DNA of 63,694 nt, the filler included, from Porpidia crustulata (taxonomy: Eukaryota): NCBI GenBank assembly GCA_964255105.1. It is 7 parts of 7 records of this genome, joined end to end, with 100 filler letters (N's around TTAATTAATTAA, not from the genome) between each part and the next. Parts side by side here need not be neighbours in the genome. Positions count along the whole stretch, not along the records: positions 9,135 to 18,148 come from CAXUWE010001008.1; positions 18,249 to 27,258 come from CAXUWE010001009.1; 5 more parts are not named here. The stretch is one strand, 5' to 3'. The position numbers and the translations under genes were made by a program. Each line of letters opens with the position of its first letter. The first letter of the stretch is position 1. Below the pieces are notes generated by a model that saw only the letters and a list, made by a program, of their open reading frames with translations, was not told the DNA's origin and did not search any database. Shown in pieces: positions 12,097 to 24,370 of this stretch.

Positions 12097-13607
12097 GGTC
12101 CAATCAATACGTTTCGATGAAGAAAGATACGACAACACATTTCGACGGCGGAGGGATAGGATTCAATCATGCCGGCGAGCATAGGGGTCCAGGGCATGCA
12201 TTTCGTGCATAGACTTGCAGGTCTGGCGGTAATGGCGTTGCCATTTTTGCCATGAATTTGCTCTCCCAGATAGCTAATGTTGCAAACAACTGCGTAACGT
12301 GAAACACTGATACGCTTGGGTGGCCTGGTGACCAATTGATGGCATTTCCAGCGCCGGGTCCCTGAGTCGTCATCTGACAGATGCATTGGCGGGCACGAGC
12401 TAATCTGGCGGCCAGCTCGTGGGGCTCCTTTGAGATCTATCGACCACCAGATCGTGTACAACCTGACGGTGGTCGAATAGCTCCGACGGTAATATGCAAG
12501 TCATTCGGGTGGGATGCGCCGCGAGACACATTCCATGTAGCTAGATACTTTAGACGTCTGGCTGCTTCTGTCGATCCGTGTGGGTCTACAAAGGATACTG
12601 CCAAGGCCGAAGACCCCTTTTTCCCATTTGCCGCCGTTAGTTGAAGATCACATAGCTGGCTAAGACTTTTTATGCATTCTTGTGTTGATCCGGGGTCTAT
12701 GGCTGCAAAAGGTATTCCCATGCGCCGAGATATAAGTGTCATGAGATTCGGGGCGCGATGGCATATCTCAATAGCATCGCGAAAGGTGTTCCAATCGACC
12801 AAGATGTGTGGTTGGGACTCTTATGTAACAATAAGCAATCGATGGTTAGTGACACTTTCCACGACGGAGGAAGGTGCGAGGGGCGAAATCTTAGGACTCC
12901 GAGGTACCACGACGAGACCGTGCCGAAAATACATTGATCGTGAGGGAGGGGATTGCAGTGTCAATCGCTACCTTTTCAACTCACAGCGATTGGGTTTGAA
13001 TTGACTGTGCTCGAGTCGTGCCTACGAATAAGCTCATTGTTGAGAGCCAAATTCGAATTCATTTCTGGGCAGTACGATATAAAACCCGAGCACAGGTCGT
13101 GGGCTTAATGGCCGCTTGTTGAAATTAACGACCTAATCGCCTCCCCAGGCATTTTGCTCGAGGAAAAAGATGAATTGCTCACCAGTGATCTTCGTCTGAC
13201 TAGAGGTGGCTAAGTCGTACAGCCGGACGAAGCCAAATGTTTCTTCCCATCCTTCTGCGGTCAGAGCTGGGAATGCTTTACTTATCATGCTTGTGTAAAC
13301 CACGAGTTTCCTTCTGTCAGTGTTGCAGCTTCCTTTCCAATCGGCGTCAGGCCAACCAGATACCGTCGTACCATTTACATCAACTAACGTCTGGAGTCTT
13401 TATCATGTACTGACTCCTACGCATGTCCCTGAATGACTCCATTGCTGTCGATATGTCTCTTTCTGGCCGTTACCCCGAGTGGATGACGACGGTAGTCCGG
13501 AAGAAGTTAGCTGTGAACCATAAGCGGGTTATGATTTGTCAAACGGTCATCTAGGAGATCTGCAGCACGATGCGAAACTCAATCTGGCATGGACGGAATA
13601 CGTTGAG

Positions 13608-13630
13608 CCCAATTACCCAATTACCCAATT
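13608..13630 (+). promoter_or_regulatory. Three tandem CCAAT boxes (CCCAATTA unit, 8-bp period)
   Basis: CCAAT at 13609, 13617 and 13625 in a long gene-free region. Function is inferred only. Confidence 0.3.
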
Positions 13631-14755
13631 GGCAGCAGCCACACGCACCCACTACGCTAAGTTGTCTGGCGGAGCGCCATGGCTGCAAAAAAGACCGTGG
13701 ACAGACCTGGCGATTTTGGCCCGCCCACAAATTTGTCTGGGTCGCCAGTAGGAACGCGTCCTGCGCAAAAACCGCCCCACTTCTGTGACCCGTCACGTCT
13801 GCCCGCACTGCTAACCGCAACCTCAAGTGCCGAATCCAGCGTTGGTGAAGACTGAATAGATTGGGGCTTGCTGCTACTGGCTCGCTGGGGTTGCGTATGT
13901 GGCAACCTTTCAAACCGGAGAAAAGTCCGGGGCCTCGACGGTCGGGCCAAGTTAATTTGCAAGAAACAAAAAAACGCTACGTCGTTAATATGGCTAGGTA
14001 CTTATTTCACCAAGGCACGTACCGATTTGAGAGAAAAGGAATCATTTCAGCAGAATGCAAGTGTGTGTAGAAAACTGTTCGTGGACTGATACCTAACATG
14101 TGCATCTGCATACCTGCCTTTCCAGGTCGCATTGAGTAACCTTGACGTGCGAGCAGACCCAAGCAGATATTGCTACATAATGGACGCCTAGGAAAGACGA
14201 GGCGATAGATTATTGAGGTCCCCGATGCTTGGACTTTATGCAAGATCCGTCACGTATGATAGCTCACACTGCTCTACCCGCGCCTCGCGTCCTCGCCTCG
14301 CGTCCTCGGAGCTCTTCCACGCAATATCTATCAAATGTCCATCGAGTGCCTGTGGTCTACAAGGGCGCCTGTTACATTCCACCATTCCGTAAAGTGAATA
14401 CAGGGACATGAGACAGACTCAGATGATGGAGGGGCAGCCGTTGGAAAAGGTATTTGTCTCCTTACTAGATCTCTCCGATGATGAGGTGGTCGCCGAATTC
14501 GGATCCAGGATGCCGTTGGTGACATGGCCGAAAAGGTAGTTAGCGCTCTACAATTGCTGACGGCTACTCAACGTCGAGTGGATGTTCGAAGTAGAGTCTC
14601 GAACTCGGATTCCGTTAAGCGTGCAATAGATCCCTGGGTTGTTCTGAGATGATAAGTCTTCATTCTTGTTCGCGAAGGCTCATCTGTGAATCCGTTTCAT
14701 GCCTTCTTCGACAATCAATCGGTCGTTTGGCGCAGCGATGAAGAGGGTCAAGCAG

Positions 14756-15151
14756 GTAAGTTTAGATTAAGTCAAGTCAGGTATGGCACGAGCGTAATGG
14801 GCAGTCTGTGACGGGGCTTCAGACCCTAGGTAGGGAGCGAGTCTGAGATGATGCAACAGAGTGGAGTTCTGCTGCAAGATTCACGCTAGTGATACGATCT
14901 ATCCGAAATCTGGCGCTAAAGTAGCTAGTTGGATCGATTGCCATGATCGACGTTGTGATTGGCTAGACCCGATCTTCGGATTCCAAGCTTGCCGGCGGTA
15001 TGTCCCCACTCCTGTTTTGGTCCTTTTCAGTCGGGTGAGTGTTTACTACCGAGTAAGTAGCCATCACCCATCAGGCCCCTATGCTGTGTGATAATGCTCC
15101 CTCAACAAATTATACTAACCCTTTTCCCCCCGCTTTCAATTCACTTTTCAG
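14756..15151 (+). other. Probable 5'-UTR intron of the gene at 15842
   Basis: Donor CAG|GTAAGT at 14756 (alternative GTATGG at 14781), canonical branch TACTAAC at ~15113, polypyrimidine tract and CAG acceptor at 15151. Confidence 0.55.
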
Positions 15152-15841
15152 ATTACCGACTGTTTAGTGCAGCCTTCTCGTGACGAGGGTGATACTCCCG
15201 AAAAATTCAGTTCAATTCTCCTTATCAGGGTACTTCCTCCCACTTCCATCCTGATTCCTCCCATCTTTGTACCGCCCATCCTTATTCCTAATAGACACCC
15301 GTTTCATCAGCTGGGTACCTCTGTTAACCACTCAATTAATCGTCTTCAATCGGTTTTCTGTCAATCAGTCTCGGAACGTGTGCAGTGGGTTCTCGGTAGA
15401 GGTCAAAATCCCGGTGTTCCAAGATCTACTCGAAATCGTTCATCCGTTCCCGCAACGTCCGCAAATTTCCCCCCAGATCGATCCCCAGGCAGCCATTCGC
15501 CGCCATCGCGAACGTCCGACATCGACACGCCTATCATCCACCACATCCACATCCATAATCATAATATCGCTATTGCCTCACCCACTTCCTCCATCGCATT
15601 GTTAATCCATTTCATCTTACACACAGTCTGCTGTTGACAATTCGTATTTCATCACCTCAATTTACACACATCTCTTGTTTCAACAATTTGCCACTCAGGA
15701 CTACTGCTCTTAGAACAATCAGAACTGGTTTGTCGCTGTTTTTTCAATTTCGCACATTCAAGCATCGAGGATATTCTCGAACCAGGGTCACCTTGTCAAT
15801 CGCCTCTTCTTCTGCAAGTTTCCAGAAGTACCTCACTCCCA

Positions 15842-17230
15842 ATGCCTCCGCAACGTACGATACCGCCATCCAAGGCAATTAAGACGGAAAGGACGCATGA
15901 AGAGAACCAAGAACGGTACGTTGACTGATGGTTGTACATTCTTATTCCAACACTCATTTGTTCCAGTGCATACATCGCTGCCTCGCGGAGAAGCGACCGA
16001 AGTCTTGAAGCTCGAGTCGAGTCAGCACGTAGGGCATCTGAGATCCACAAACGACGAACCGGTCGCTCATTACGAGTCACCGAACAAGATGTGATCAACG
16101 AAGAGATGTACGAGGAAGAAGATGACGACCTACCCATGCAATACAGACGGCTCACTGCTCATCTCCAGACCGGCTCAGCGGACTTCAACCGACGGTTATC
16201 GGCCTACCTAACCAACCACGTTGCGATGAGAAGCGCACTTGATCAAGCCATCACCAACTCCTACGCACAGCAGTACCCAAATGCTCCGCAGTTTGCCCAT
16301 AACCAGCAAACAATGTACCCATCTCCCTTCTTCGCTCACAACATGCAGCAGCAGCAAGCGCAGCAATCGCCGACTTCGTACGTCCAGTCGCCATTTATGG
16401 CTCAGACGCCGTCGAACTTTAGGCCTGGCCACCACGCCAGGTCAGCGTCTGCTGTGGGAACCCAAGACACATCCGGATATACACAGCCTGTAACGACCCA
16501 ATCGAGCCCGATTGACCCTTCCGCTTCTGTTGATCTACGCAGAACGTCGATGCCATTAAAGATGCCATCCAAGTCGGTTTCACCGGTAACGTCGAGGACT
16601 CCACAGCCTCTTCAATCAAGACCCTCGCTACCCACCAAGACATCCTCCTTCCCTGCGAATCAGCCGATACCCGCTTTTAGTAACGTGAAACAAGAAGATC
16701 AATCTAATCAACAAATGCGAGCCCCACCGCAACCGAATGTCAGTCAGCAGCCAACAAATACAATGTTTGGCTTTCAGGATTACGGTCCACTCTCTACTGC
16801 GTTATCGACCGAAGCGCAAATGCTCCTAGGCTCTGCCCTTGACCCAAGTGATCCGCTGACGTCAATGTTCATGGCTGGCAGCGAAGGTATGCCAATGCCA
16901 AATTATTACAACCCTACCCCCAATTCGCTTTCGAAGCAACGCAATTTTCATCCATCATACGATGGAATGAGTGCGACTCTTGCTCCTAGCGCCCTGGACA
17001 TGTCATCAGGGCAAAGCATGTTTAGCAGCCAGCCGCCAGCGACTTCGACATCGATGGGCAAGCCTCAGTTTAACCTCGGGTTCGATTCCACATTCTCAGA
17101 CTTTGGTAAGAGTCAACAAATGTTTGGTGGTCCAAACAGTTCCAATGGCAGTGGCACTGCCACACCAGGCCTCGATGGAAGCTGGGATGCTTTTATCAAT
17201 GATGGTTCCTGGACCGAGAATGCGACCTGA
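15842..17230 (+). CDS. Uncharacterised fungal protein with a basic helical N-terminal block and a Q/S/P-rich tail (putative transcriptional regulator)
   Basis: Exon 1 MPPQRTIPPSKAIKTERTHEENQER (15842-15915) and intron 15916-15966, then AYIAASRRSDRSLEARVESARRASEIHKRRTGRSLRVTEQDVINEEMYEEEDDD, a low-complexity region and an acidic/aromatic end (WDAFINDGSW). Confidence 0.8.
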
Positions 17231-18148
17231 AAATAGTCGTGTATTTTTCAAGCCTCTTTTCTACATCAGAGATGGTCCCGGTCGTTGCTTCAAATTATCC
17301 GTACACAGCTGCAGGCCTGTATTAGATCGGTCCTTGCATGGCGTTTCTAATCTTAGTTTTCTTCGACACGTCTCGGATGACGAGGAAAACATCTGTCATG
17401 CGTTATTCCGACCCTGACTCCGGCGACACTCTCGCTTATCCGCCCGGTCGGCAAAGTCCGCCAGCTGAATTCGCCGAGCCAATGCCGCCATGCTCTTCTT
17501 CTTAACCATGTTAACTTGATATATTTTGAACACCCCACTCCGCTCTGATTGATTCGGATCCTGGATACAGAGAATTTCGCCAAGGCAAAGACCACTGGCC
17601 CCTTTACGTTACCACTATCACTACTCCCACCACCATTACTACCACCACTACCGCTTTGCCATCTATTTCACCTGCCACTTGCACAACGCTACCGGCAAAA
17701 TCCATCTCCCGCACGACTGAGCCATTTCCAGTCAGTTCTAGCTTGGCGTTTCACTCTGATGACGGGCGGTACACTTCAAGAGGATATTGTAGAGTATAAA
17801 AAGGCGTTTTTTTACCGCCGGCGCAATCGCTTTGGTTTACGGAAACGAGAATACGTGGTGGCGCTTCGCTCCGGATAGAAATCGGACATACTCCGTCCTA
17901 GCGCTTCTTTGCTTGGAGATATCAGCGGTCTTTTTATGAGTTAACAGGGGAGCGAGGTGGCTTTTGTTGTGGTTGTACCGTCGTGGTAGGATGGAGTGGA
18001 TTTTGAGGAGATATAAATTATCACGCTTAACATTGTTGTGCATTTTGCTTCTTGCAACATTATCATCGTCGGGAACCCAGATGGTTGTTCACACGCGTAT
18101 ACCGCTCTAAAGGCCCAGCTTAGACCCACCCACTCCACTGCGTAGTTT

Positions 18149-18248
18149 NNNNNNNNNNNNNNNNNNNNNNNNNNNNNNNNNNNNNNNNNNNNTTAATTAA
18201 TTAANNNNNNNNNNNNNNNNNNNNNNNNNNNNNNNNNNNNNNNNNNNN
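18149..18248. other. Artificial contig spacer
   Basis: N44-TTAATTAATTAA-N44. Confidence 0.97.
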
Positions 18249-18812
18249 CCCATGCAACGAGCACACACCCTCCACCTCCACCTCCACCTAATCAGCCACA
18301 GGAATCCCCATCACAAAAATCTAACCGGTCGAACAGAACTAACACATAAGAAAAACGGGAATGAAACAAAAAAATTTCAACATTCCGCAACATTCATCGG
18401 GAAAAGGCGGAACCGAAAATTTTAAATTAGGGTTTTGGAGATCAGGGATTTTGGAATTATACTCCAAGCCTGCCGTCGTTGCTGGAACGTCAGACCTTCG
18501 GGCTTGGTAACAAAGGAATAGGAAAGATGCAATAAATCACTTGGACGATATGATAATTCAACAAAAGAAAAGCTCGCAAAGGCGCAACTGTGAAAAGAAC
18601 TATGCGTCCAGTGTGATGACGGTGAACTTGATACCGGTTTAGTACCTCCAGCTCCCTACGAGTGTCTATAAAGAAACATACATGCGGTGCACCGACAGCC
18701 CGCTTCATGACTCCCGAAGCTACAGAATAAACCCTACACCCCCACCCGACCATGTCGTATTGTCGTAACCAACCAAACACCAAAAACCTTTCCGCTCGTC
18801 GCGAATCCAGCC

Positions 18813-21800
18813 TCAGCTCTCAGCCTTCTCTTTCCTCAGGCTAAGCTCATAAGCGATTTCATCCTTGAGGCTGTTCTTCGTCCAATCGTGCACATAATCC
18901 AAACCCACGGCTCGCTCCGACGGCCCCCTCATTCCCGTGTCCTTACTCCTAGATCTCTCTCGTTCATCCTCAATCTTCTTCCTTCGCGCTGTGGTCAACG
19001 CGGCGAAAAAGCTTGGTAGTAAAAATCGAACATGGTCGTCGATACCCGCTTGGTAAATATTCCCTCTGCCGTCCTCCTTGCAAATATGCATCCTTACAGC
19101 GGTGACAAAATCTGCGGTAGCTTCTTCATCGCCGGCCCAGATGAGTTCTTTGACTAATTTAGCGGAGGCTCTGCCGTCCGGGACAACTTCATCGGTATTT
19201 GATTCGGCTGCCAAGGGCAATGTGGACCAGACACGCGAGATACTGACATGGAGGTTGTAGTGCGTAGATGTTGGGGGCTTCAGGCCCAATGTGCGCTCAG
19301 GTAAACCATGCGGCGAATTTTTAAAGGAAGGCTCAGTGCCAAAAAATTCCCTTGAAATGCTCTGCGCGTTGCCTGTGGATTACTGTAGCCTCAAACGAGC
19401 TGGGATCGTCTGGGTTGTAAAATTTGAAGCTGCATCCTTTCTTCCCGCACATCAAGAAACTTGCACCGAACGGAGTTACAAAGGGGGCAGGCTCATCAGA
19501 TTCATGTATCTTGGGAATTCGTTGAGGATCAATAAAGAGAGACCGTAGAGCTTTCTCAGCTTCTCCGTCCGGAATAATTGCCATCGGATCCAATGCTACT
19601 TGTGCAAGTCCATGCTTCAGCTTCATGTTACGGAAGAATGTCTGGGCAACCGTGTGCCCGCTTTGGTGATAGAGAGCCCAGAATACGACAAGCTGTACTC
19701 GACTACAGATTTCTTGTCTCGAGGCGTCCGTAGAAGCATCGAGAAAGCTCTGAACACCTTGGAAGTGCGGGCCAAGTGCGACCTTTAGCTTGGCCCAAAA
19801 CTCCATCTTTCTCAAAATCGAAGCCGCTTTCATGTCTCGAGGAATATTTGGAGCATTGAAATTTTGGTATATCAATTGAACGAGAAGATTGTCCGATTCC
19901 TTATTCGAATTATTCATACGCAGAATTCCGTTCATGGCAGCAGTCGCAGTGATGTGAATCAGCTTCGACTCTTTGATAGCCTTGAGCGTGGATGTCTCGA
20001 TTGGAAGATCAAGAAGTTCGAAAAATCGCACCAATTGACAGAATCCTGCTAACGGGTATGAGGTTATTCAGCTTTCCAGTCCGGCTTGTTGGTAGTCTTG
20101 GACAGCCCAAAGAAGGGCTTCGGGAAATTTGACCCACGGTCCTGTTTCACTAAATGTCTCTCGAGTCAGGCAATTCTTGAGAAGGTTACGAAGCATCCAG
20201 TCCAGGATCTGGCGACGCTGCATAATTTCAAGATCCTCAGTATATTTCTCGGCGCACCAATCCTTGTTCTGCAGTATCTTGTCCAAGACAGTCATGAATA
20301 TCTGTATTATACCCGATGTTCCGGTTTTTAAACCGGCAGTAATAGCTTGGGTAAGCTGATCATTGATGTAGCCTTTATTGGCTCCTTCATACTCGACAGT
20401 CGGAATTCTAGCACTTAATTCTTCACGGTAAAGAGACTCTCGAAGTAATAGCGAACATTGGAAACATGTGCACTGCGATGACACGAGCTCCACATTGCGT
20501 TCCGCTTGCCCAACTGCCAACGGAAAGTTGAGCACGAAATCAGTCGTATTCTCTTCGACGGATTCCAATTTTTTCAGCACGGCCGACATAATCTGGTCCT
20601 CTCCACAACAAATGGAAGAAGTGCTGCGAAAGGCATTCACGCCGTCAGACAGATCTAACGCTACTAGACGTAAGTCGCTGTCGAAAGATGATATGGTCTC
20701 TGCACGCATTACGCGGTTGGACTTTCGGCTAAGAATATCAGCCGTATAGCCAGCTTTACTAATATCTGAGAGCACGCACAGCGCTCGGTCGATAAGCCTA
20801 TTGATCTGCGCCGCCATCTTTGACTCATCACTTGGCGAGTCATTGCGCTGTTGGTACGCCGTGCGATTAGCAATATGCGCTTCTCGAAGTCTTTCCCGCA
20901 GCTCGTCTTTCTTTGTCGAGATAAGTTCTACACTTTCCATTTCCTTCAAAAGTCTTCCGGCTCCGTTGATGTCTTCGAGCTGTATCACGAATTGGGGTTT
21001 CTTATAGTGGAGCAGGAGAGTCCGGAGCGCATCTAGATTATCGTGCATCTTACAAATGATAGCCAATTGAGCAAAGGTATCTTCCTCCAGTAAGTCGCAT
21101 AAGTCCTCTTGCTTTAGATGTTTTTGCTTAAGCACAAGATCAACATCTATAAGAGCACCAGTCGTTGCGTCCCACCGAGGACCAAGGGAGATACCCTTCG
21201 TGACCTTCCGATCTTGAGCCTTGAGTACCTGAATATCCAGCATCTTGCATCGCTCGTTGAGAACTGTCTCATTGTTGAAGACTGCCAGATCTTCCCATTG
21301 TGCAATAGCCACGTTGTCATTTTGATATGCAAGAGGCGAAAACAGTCCTTTAGCTGAAATCGCCCAGAGCTTACCACTTAGAGCACATTTGTAGAGGATG
21401 ATTGAGTCGCTTGTACTAGCAAAAAAAGGAAGCCCGACCGAGATATTTGCATAATCAGGTGTCGCAGGTTTTATTCTACCAATGACAATGATTACAACTG
21501 GGATATGAAGAACATTTTTCACCGCCGCAAGTCGTGTAAGCTGGGTGACACTGGCAGAATCAATATGACCATCCGTCAACAAGTACCATAAGTCACTTCC
21601 TCGTATTTCCTTCAGGACACCAGGCTCTTGCAGAATGGTATCCGGGTAGGTGGCCCCACAATCGGCTTGCCAGTATTCCTCACCATTTATCGTTGTGACT
21701 AGCTTGGGATGCTCACAGGATGTGCCCCATTTGGTGACTGTATCTTTACCTTTCCGATGAAAGCCCAAGACTATATCACCTTCTGCCCGAATCACACTGC

Positions 21801-21909
21801 CGGCTGTTGAACCACTCGCGTCGACAGCAAAGAAACGCCGGGCTTCCAATAAAGGGCCTTTGTCCGGCTCCTCAGTAGATTCATGCTTGACAAATTCTTT
21901 CCAATCCAT
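18813..21909 (-). pseudogene. Intronless VWA-domain protein gene (~1031 codons) interrupted by an in-frame TGA and a +1 frameshift
   Basis: MIDAS-like FAVDASGST and LLTDG. The frame reads AGLES*ITSYPLAGFCQLVRFF through TGA 20068-20070. Removing one base from the A6 run at 19341-19346 joins GIF to GTEPSFKNSPHGLPERTLGLKPP and the last ORF. Confidence 0.75.
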
Positions 21910-22542
21910 GGTGAAACAGAGTGATCCGATGACTTAATGACGAGGAGTGCCAAAACAATACCAATAAGCAGCAGTACTGATATGCGAAATATCAAATCAA
22001 ATCAGATGGGGAAGAACGAGAGCTTTGAGCGGGAGCTTCAAGCAGAGTGATGTAAGAAATACATATCGTGAGTCAACATCTCTCCAGGAAAAGAAAGGGC
22101 AGACGATGACTCAGAATTGAGTCTAGAGAAGGTGCTGTATGAGTTAAATAGAAGGAATGAGAGAACTAGGGGAGAACACTTCGCAAAAGCCAAAGCGTCA
22201 GACATATCTGGTTCTGCTGCGGCGAAGCATACCTAAGTTTTAAAACTTCGGGCTGTTGCAAAGTCGACGGACGGATAGGTAAGGTACGAGGTAGAAATTC
22301 CTTGTCATGTGACTTAAGCCACTTTAGGTCTTCGGCTTCCTGCATCACAACTTAGTTAGCAAGGGCACCGATACCATGATACTACATTACCCAAAGTTTA
22401 CAGTTTCGAATGAACTTTATCTCTCCAGACATCGTCTCGATCAAAGGCAGATTTTTCCGTGAAGAATTTTACCAACAGTCACAACACTAGCATTATCTAG
22501 ACAACGCTGCGGTTGAACTTCTTAAATTCACTACCACCCATA

Positions 22543-23892
22543 CTACCGCACAGTAGCTCCCTTCAAGCTTTTTACATGGCACACTCCGCCACTCGCAGTG
22601 ACCAACACTCCAACCCCATCCTTTCCTTGGCCCTTCAACGTCTCCACTATTCCTGCCTCGAACCCCACCTCCAAAGCATCCGTAGTTGTAAACCCTGGCT
22701 GTAGTGTCTCCCATACCTTTTTTCTAGGATTCAGCATCCCCTCGGGCTCTCCCTCCCACTTCTCAAAAAGCACCCTGTCTCCCGCCTTGGCATCCGCAGG
22801 CGGGTTCACGAGCTCCACCGGTCCTTTGTGATTGTCTTCTTGCCCTGGTGCAAGGCGAGGCGAAGCTGCAAGAACCATAGCTGTTGACTTTATGCCGCGC
22901 ATCGTGACAGGTTTGAGATTGCACACCGCGATGATTTTGCGATTTTGCATTTCTTCGATGGGGATAAGTCCGTTCAGGCCTGAACAGACAGTCCGGACAA
23001 CTTGGCCGTCGTATTCGGAGGTATTGTCCGTGCCCGCAGGATCACCGCACGCGATTGTAGATACGTAGAGAGAATCGGCGTTAGGGTGTGAGACGGCCTT
23101 TAGTATATGGCCAACCCGGAGGTCAATGAGACAAGGGGAAAGGAGGGTCTCTTTTGCAGGGGCTTTTTGTGGTTTAGGCTGTTTTCCCTTCTTCTCTTTC
23201 CTTGGCTGTGGCTGATCACCGGTGACCGCGCCTTTGGCTTTGTCTGCTATATCTCGGGTAGTGTCTGGCGCCTTCTCCGTGATGCTCTTACTGCTATCTT
23301 GACCTTTACTCTTGCCCACTACCAAGGGTATCTGGCCCGCTTCAGCAGCTGTGGCCGCCGCTTTTTCCTTCTTTATTCGTTCCTTCTCCGCCTTAGAGTC
23401 CAAAGGCTTATGAACAAATTTGACATCATTGACATCAATGTCAGCTTTCTCCTCTGCGCTTAAAGATAGTCCAAAAAGAGGGGCATTTTGCACAAAGTCG
23501 ATAAATCGCACAATATGGTGATATCCCCTTTCACCCGTCCTTTCCTCGGGTGTCCAGGACTTTACGGTAGGCATAAGCCTCTGGCATAGTGCCACGTCGG
23601 CCACGGATGGCTTGCTGCCAAGCAAAGTAGTGCGGGTAGATAGATGTATGTTGAGGGAACCGAGACGCTCTGCATGCTTTGCTTCATCCTCGTCGGGAGC
23701 TGCGAGGCGTGATGAGGTTGTTAGCCATTGTGATATTTCAATCTTTTCATTGTCGGTGTAGAAAAAGCTAGAATAGATGCTCGGAGATATCAAGGGAATG
23801 TCAGCCTCGGAAGCTGTAGTAGGTATGAGTGATGAGTATGAGCGCTGCAGAAATCCAAGAAGGGAAGCAGACGAGGTAGAGACGGTTGACAT
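22543..23892 (-). CDS. ARC1: tRNA-aminoacylation cofactor Arc1 (GST-like N domain plus EMAPII/OB tRNA-binding domain)
   Basis: IDLRVGHILKAVSHPNADSLYVSTI, RTVCSGL, VCNLKPVTMRGIKSTAMVLAAS. Single exon, 449 aa. Confidence 0.92.
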   Translation of the reverse strand: MSTVSTSSASLLGFLQRSYSSLIPTTASEADIPLISPSIYSSFFYTDNEKIEISQWLTTSSRLAAPDEDEAKHAERLGSLNIHLSTRTTLLGSKPSVADVALCQRLMPTVKSWTPEERTGERGYHHIVRFIDFVQNAPLFGLSLSAEEKADIDVNDVKFVHKPLDSKAEKERIKKEKAAATAAEAGQIPLVVGKSKGQDSSKSITEKAPDTTRDIADKAKGAVTGDQPQPRKEKKGKQPKPQKAPAKETLLSPCLIDLRVGHILKAVSHPNADSLYVSTIACGDPAGTDNTSEYDGQVVRTVCSGLNGLIPIEEMQNRKIIAVCNLKPVTMRGIKSTAMVLAASPRLAPGQEDNHKGPVELVNPPADAKAGDRVLFEKWEGEPEGMLNPRKKVWETLQPGFTTTDALEVGFEAGIVETLKGQGKDGVGVLVTASGGVCHVKSLKGATVR

Positions 23893-24370
23893 GGCTAAGG
23901 TGGAAGTTCTTGCAATCCGCAGTCTTCCGCGGATCGCAGAATATGAACGCAGATACTGGACAGCGGCTCTCGAATGCAGGGAAATCCTAATGAAAGGAAT
24001 GAATGAGGCCAGCTTCAGCTACTGAGGCGAAGAGTGGAAGTGCCTGGAATCAAAGGCAGTGATATATCGCGAATGTGAGTCAAAAACTGCAGGGCACTAA
24101 GCGAGTGTCAGCCAATCGTAGAGCCAGGCTTCCAATTGGGTTTGACCATATGGCATTCACCCTTCTCATTCTTACTAGATTCAAGATCAAATTTTTTCCA
24201 GAGCAAGTAAGCGAAACCACGGTTCATGTTTCAATTCCATTTGCTTATGTACGTGAACTTTTACTATCTACATGATACCAAACGCATATACCTCAATCGG
24301 AGCTCGCTCATCAATGATCCCCGTATATGATTGGAGAAACAGCGGTAAAATAAATATATACAGTCCAAAG

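Noticed and set aside
17610..17652. CCA/CTA-rich tract downstream of the putative regulator
   Set aside because: Short degenerate microsatellite in a probable 3'-UTR with no further structure.
20068..20070. TGA as Trp/selenocysteine recoding or an alternative genetic code
   Set aside because: TGA is a normal stop in many genes here (ACP1, VPS74, RPN7), and the same gene also has a frameshift. A nonsense mutation or sequencing error is simpler.
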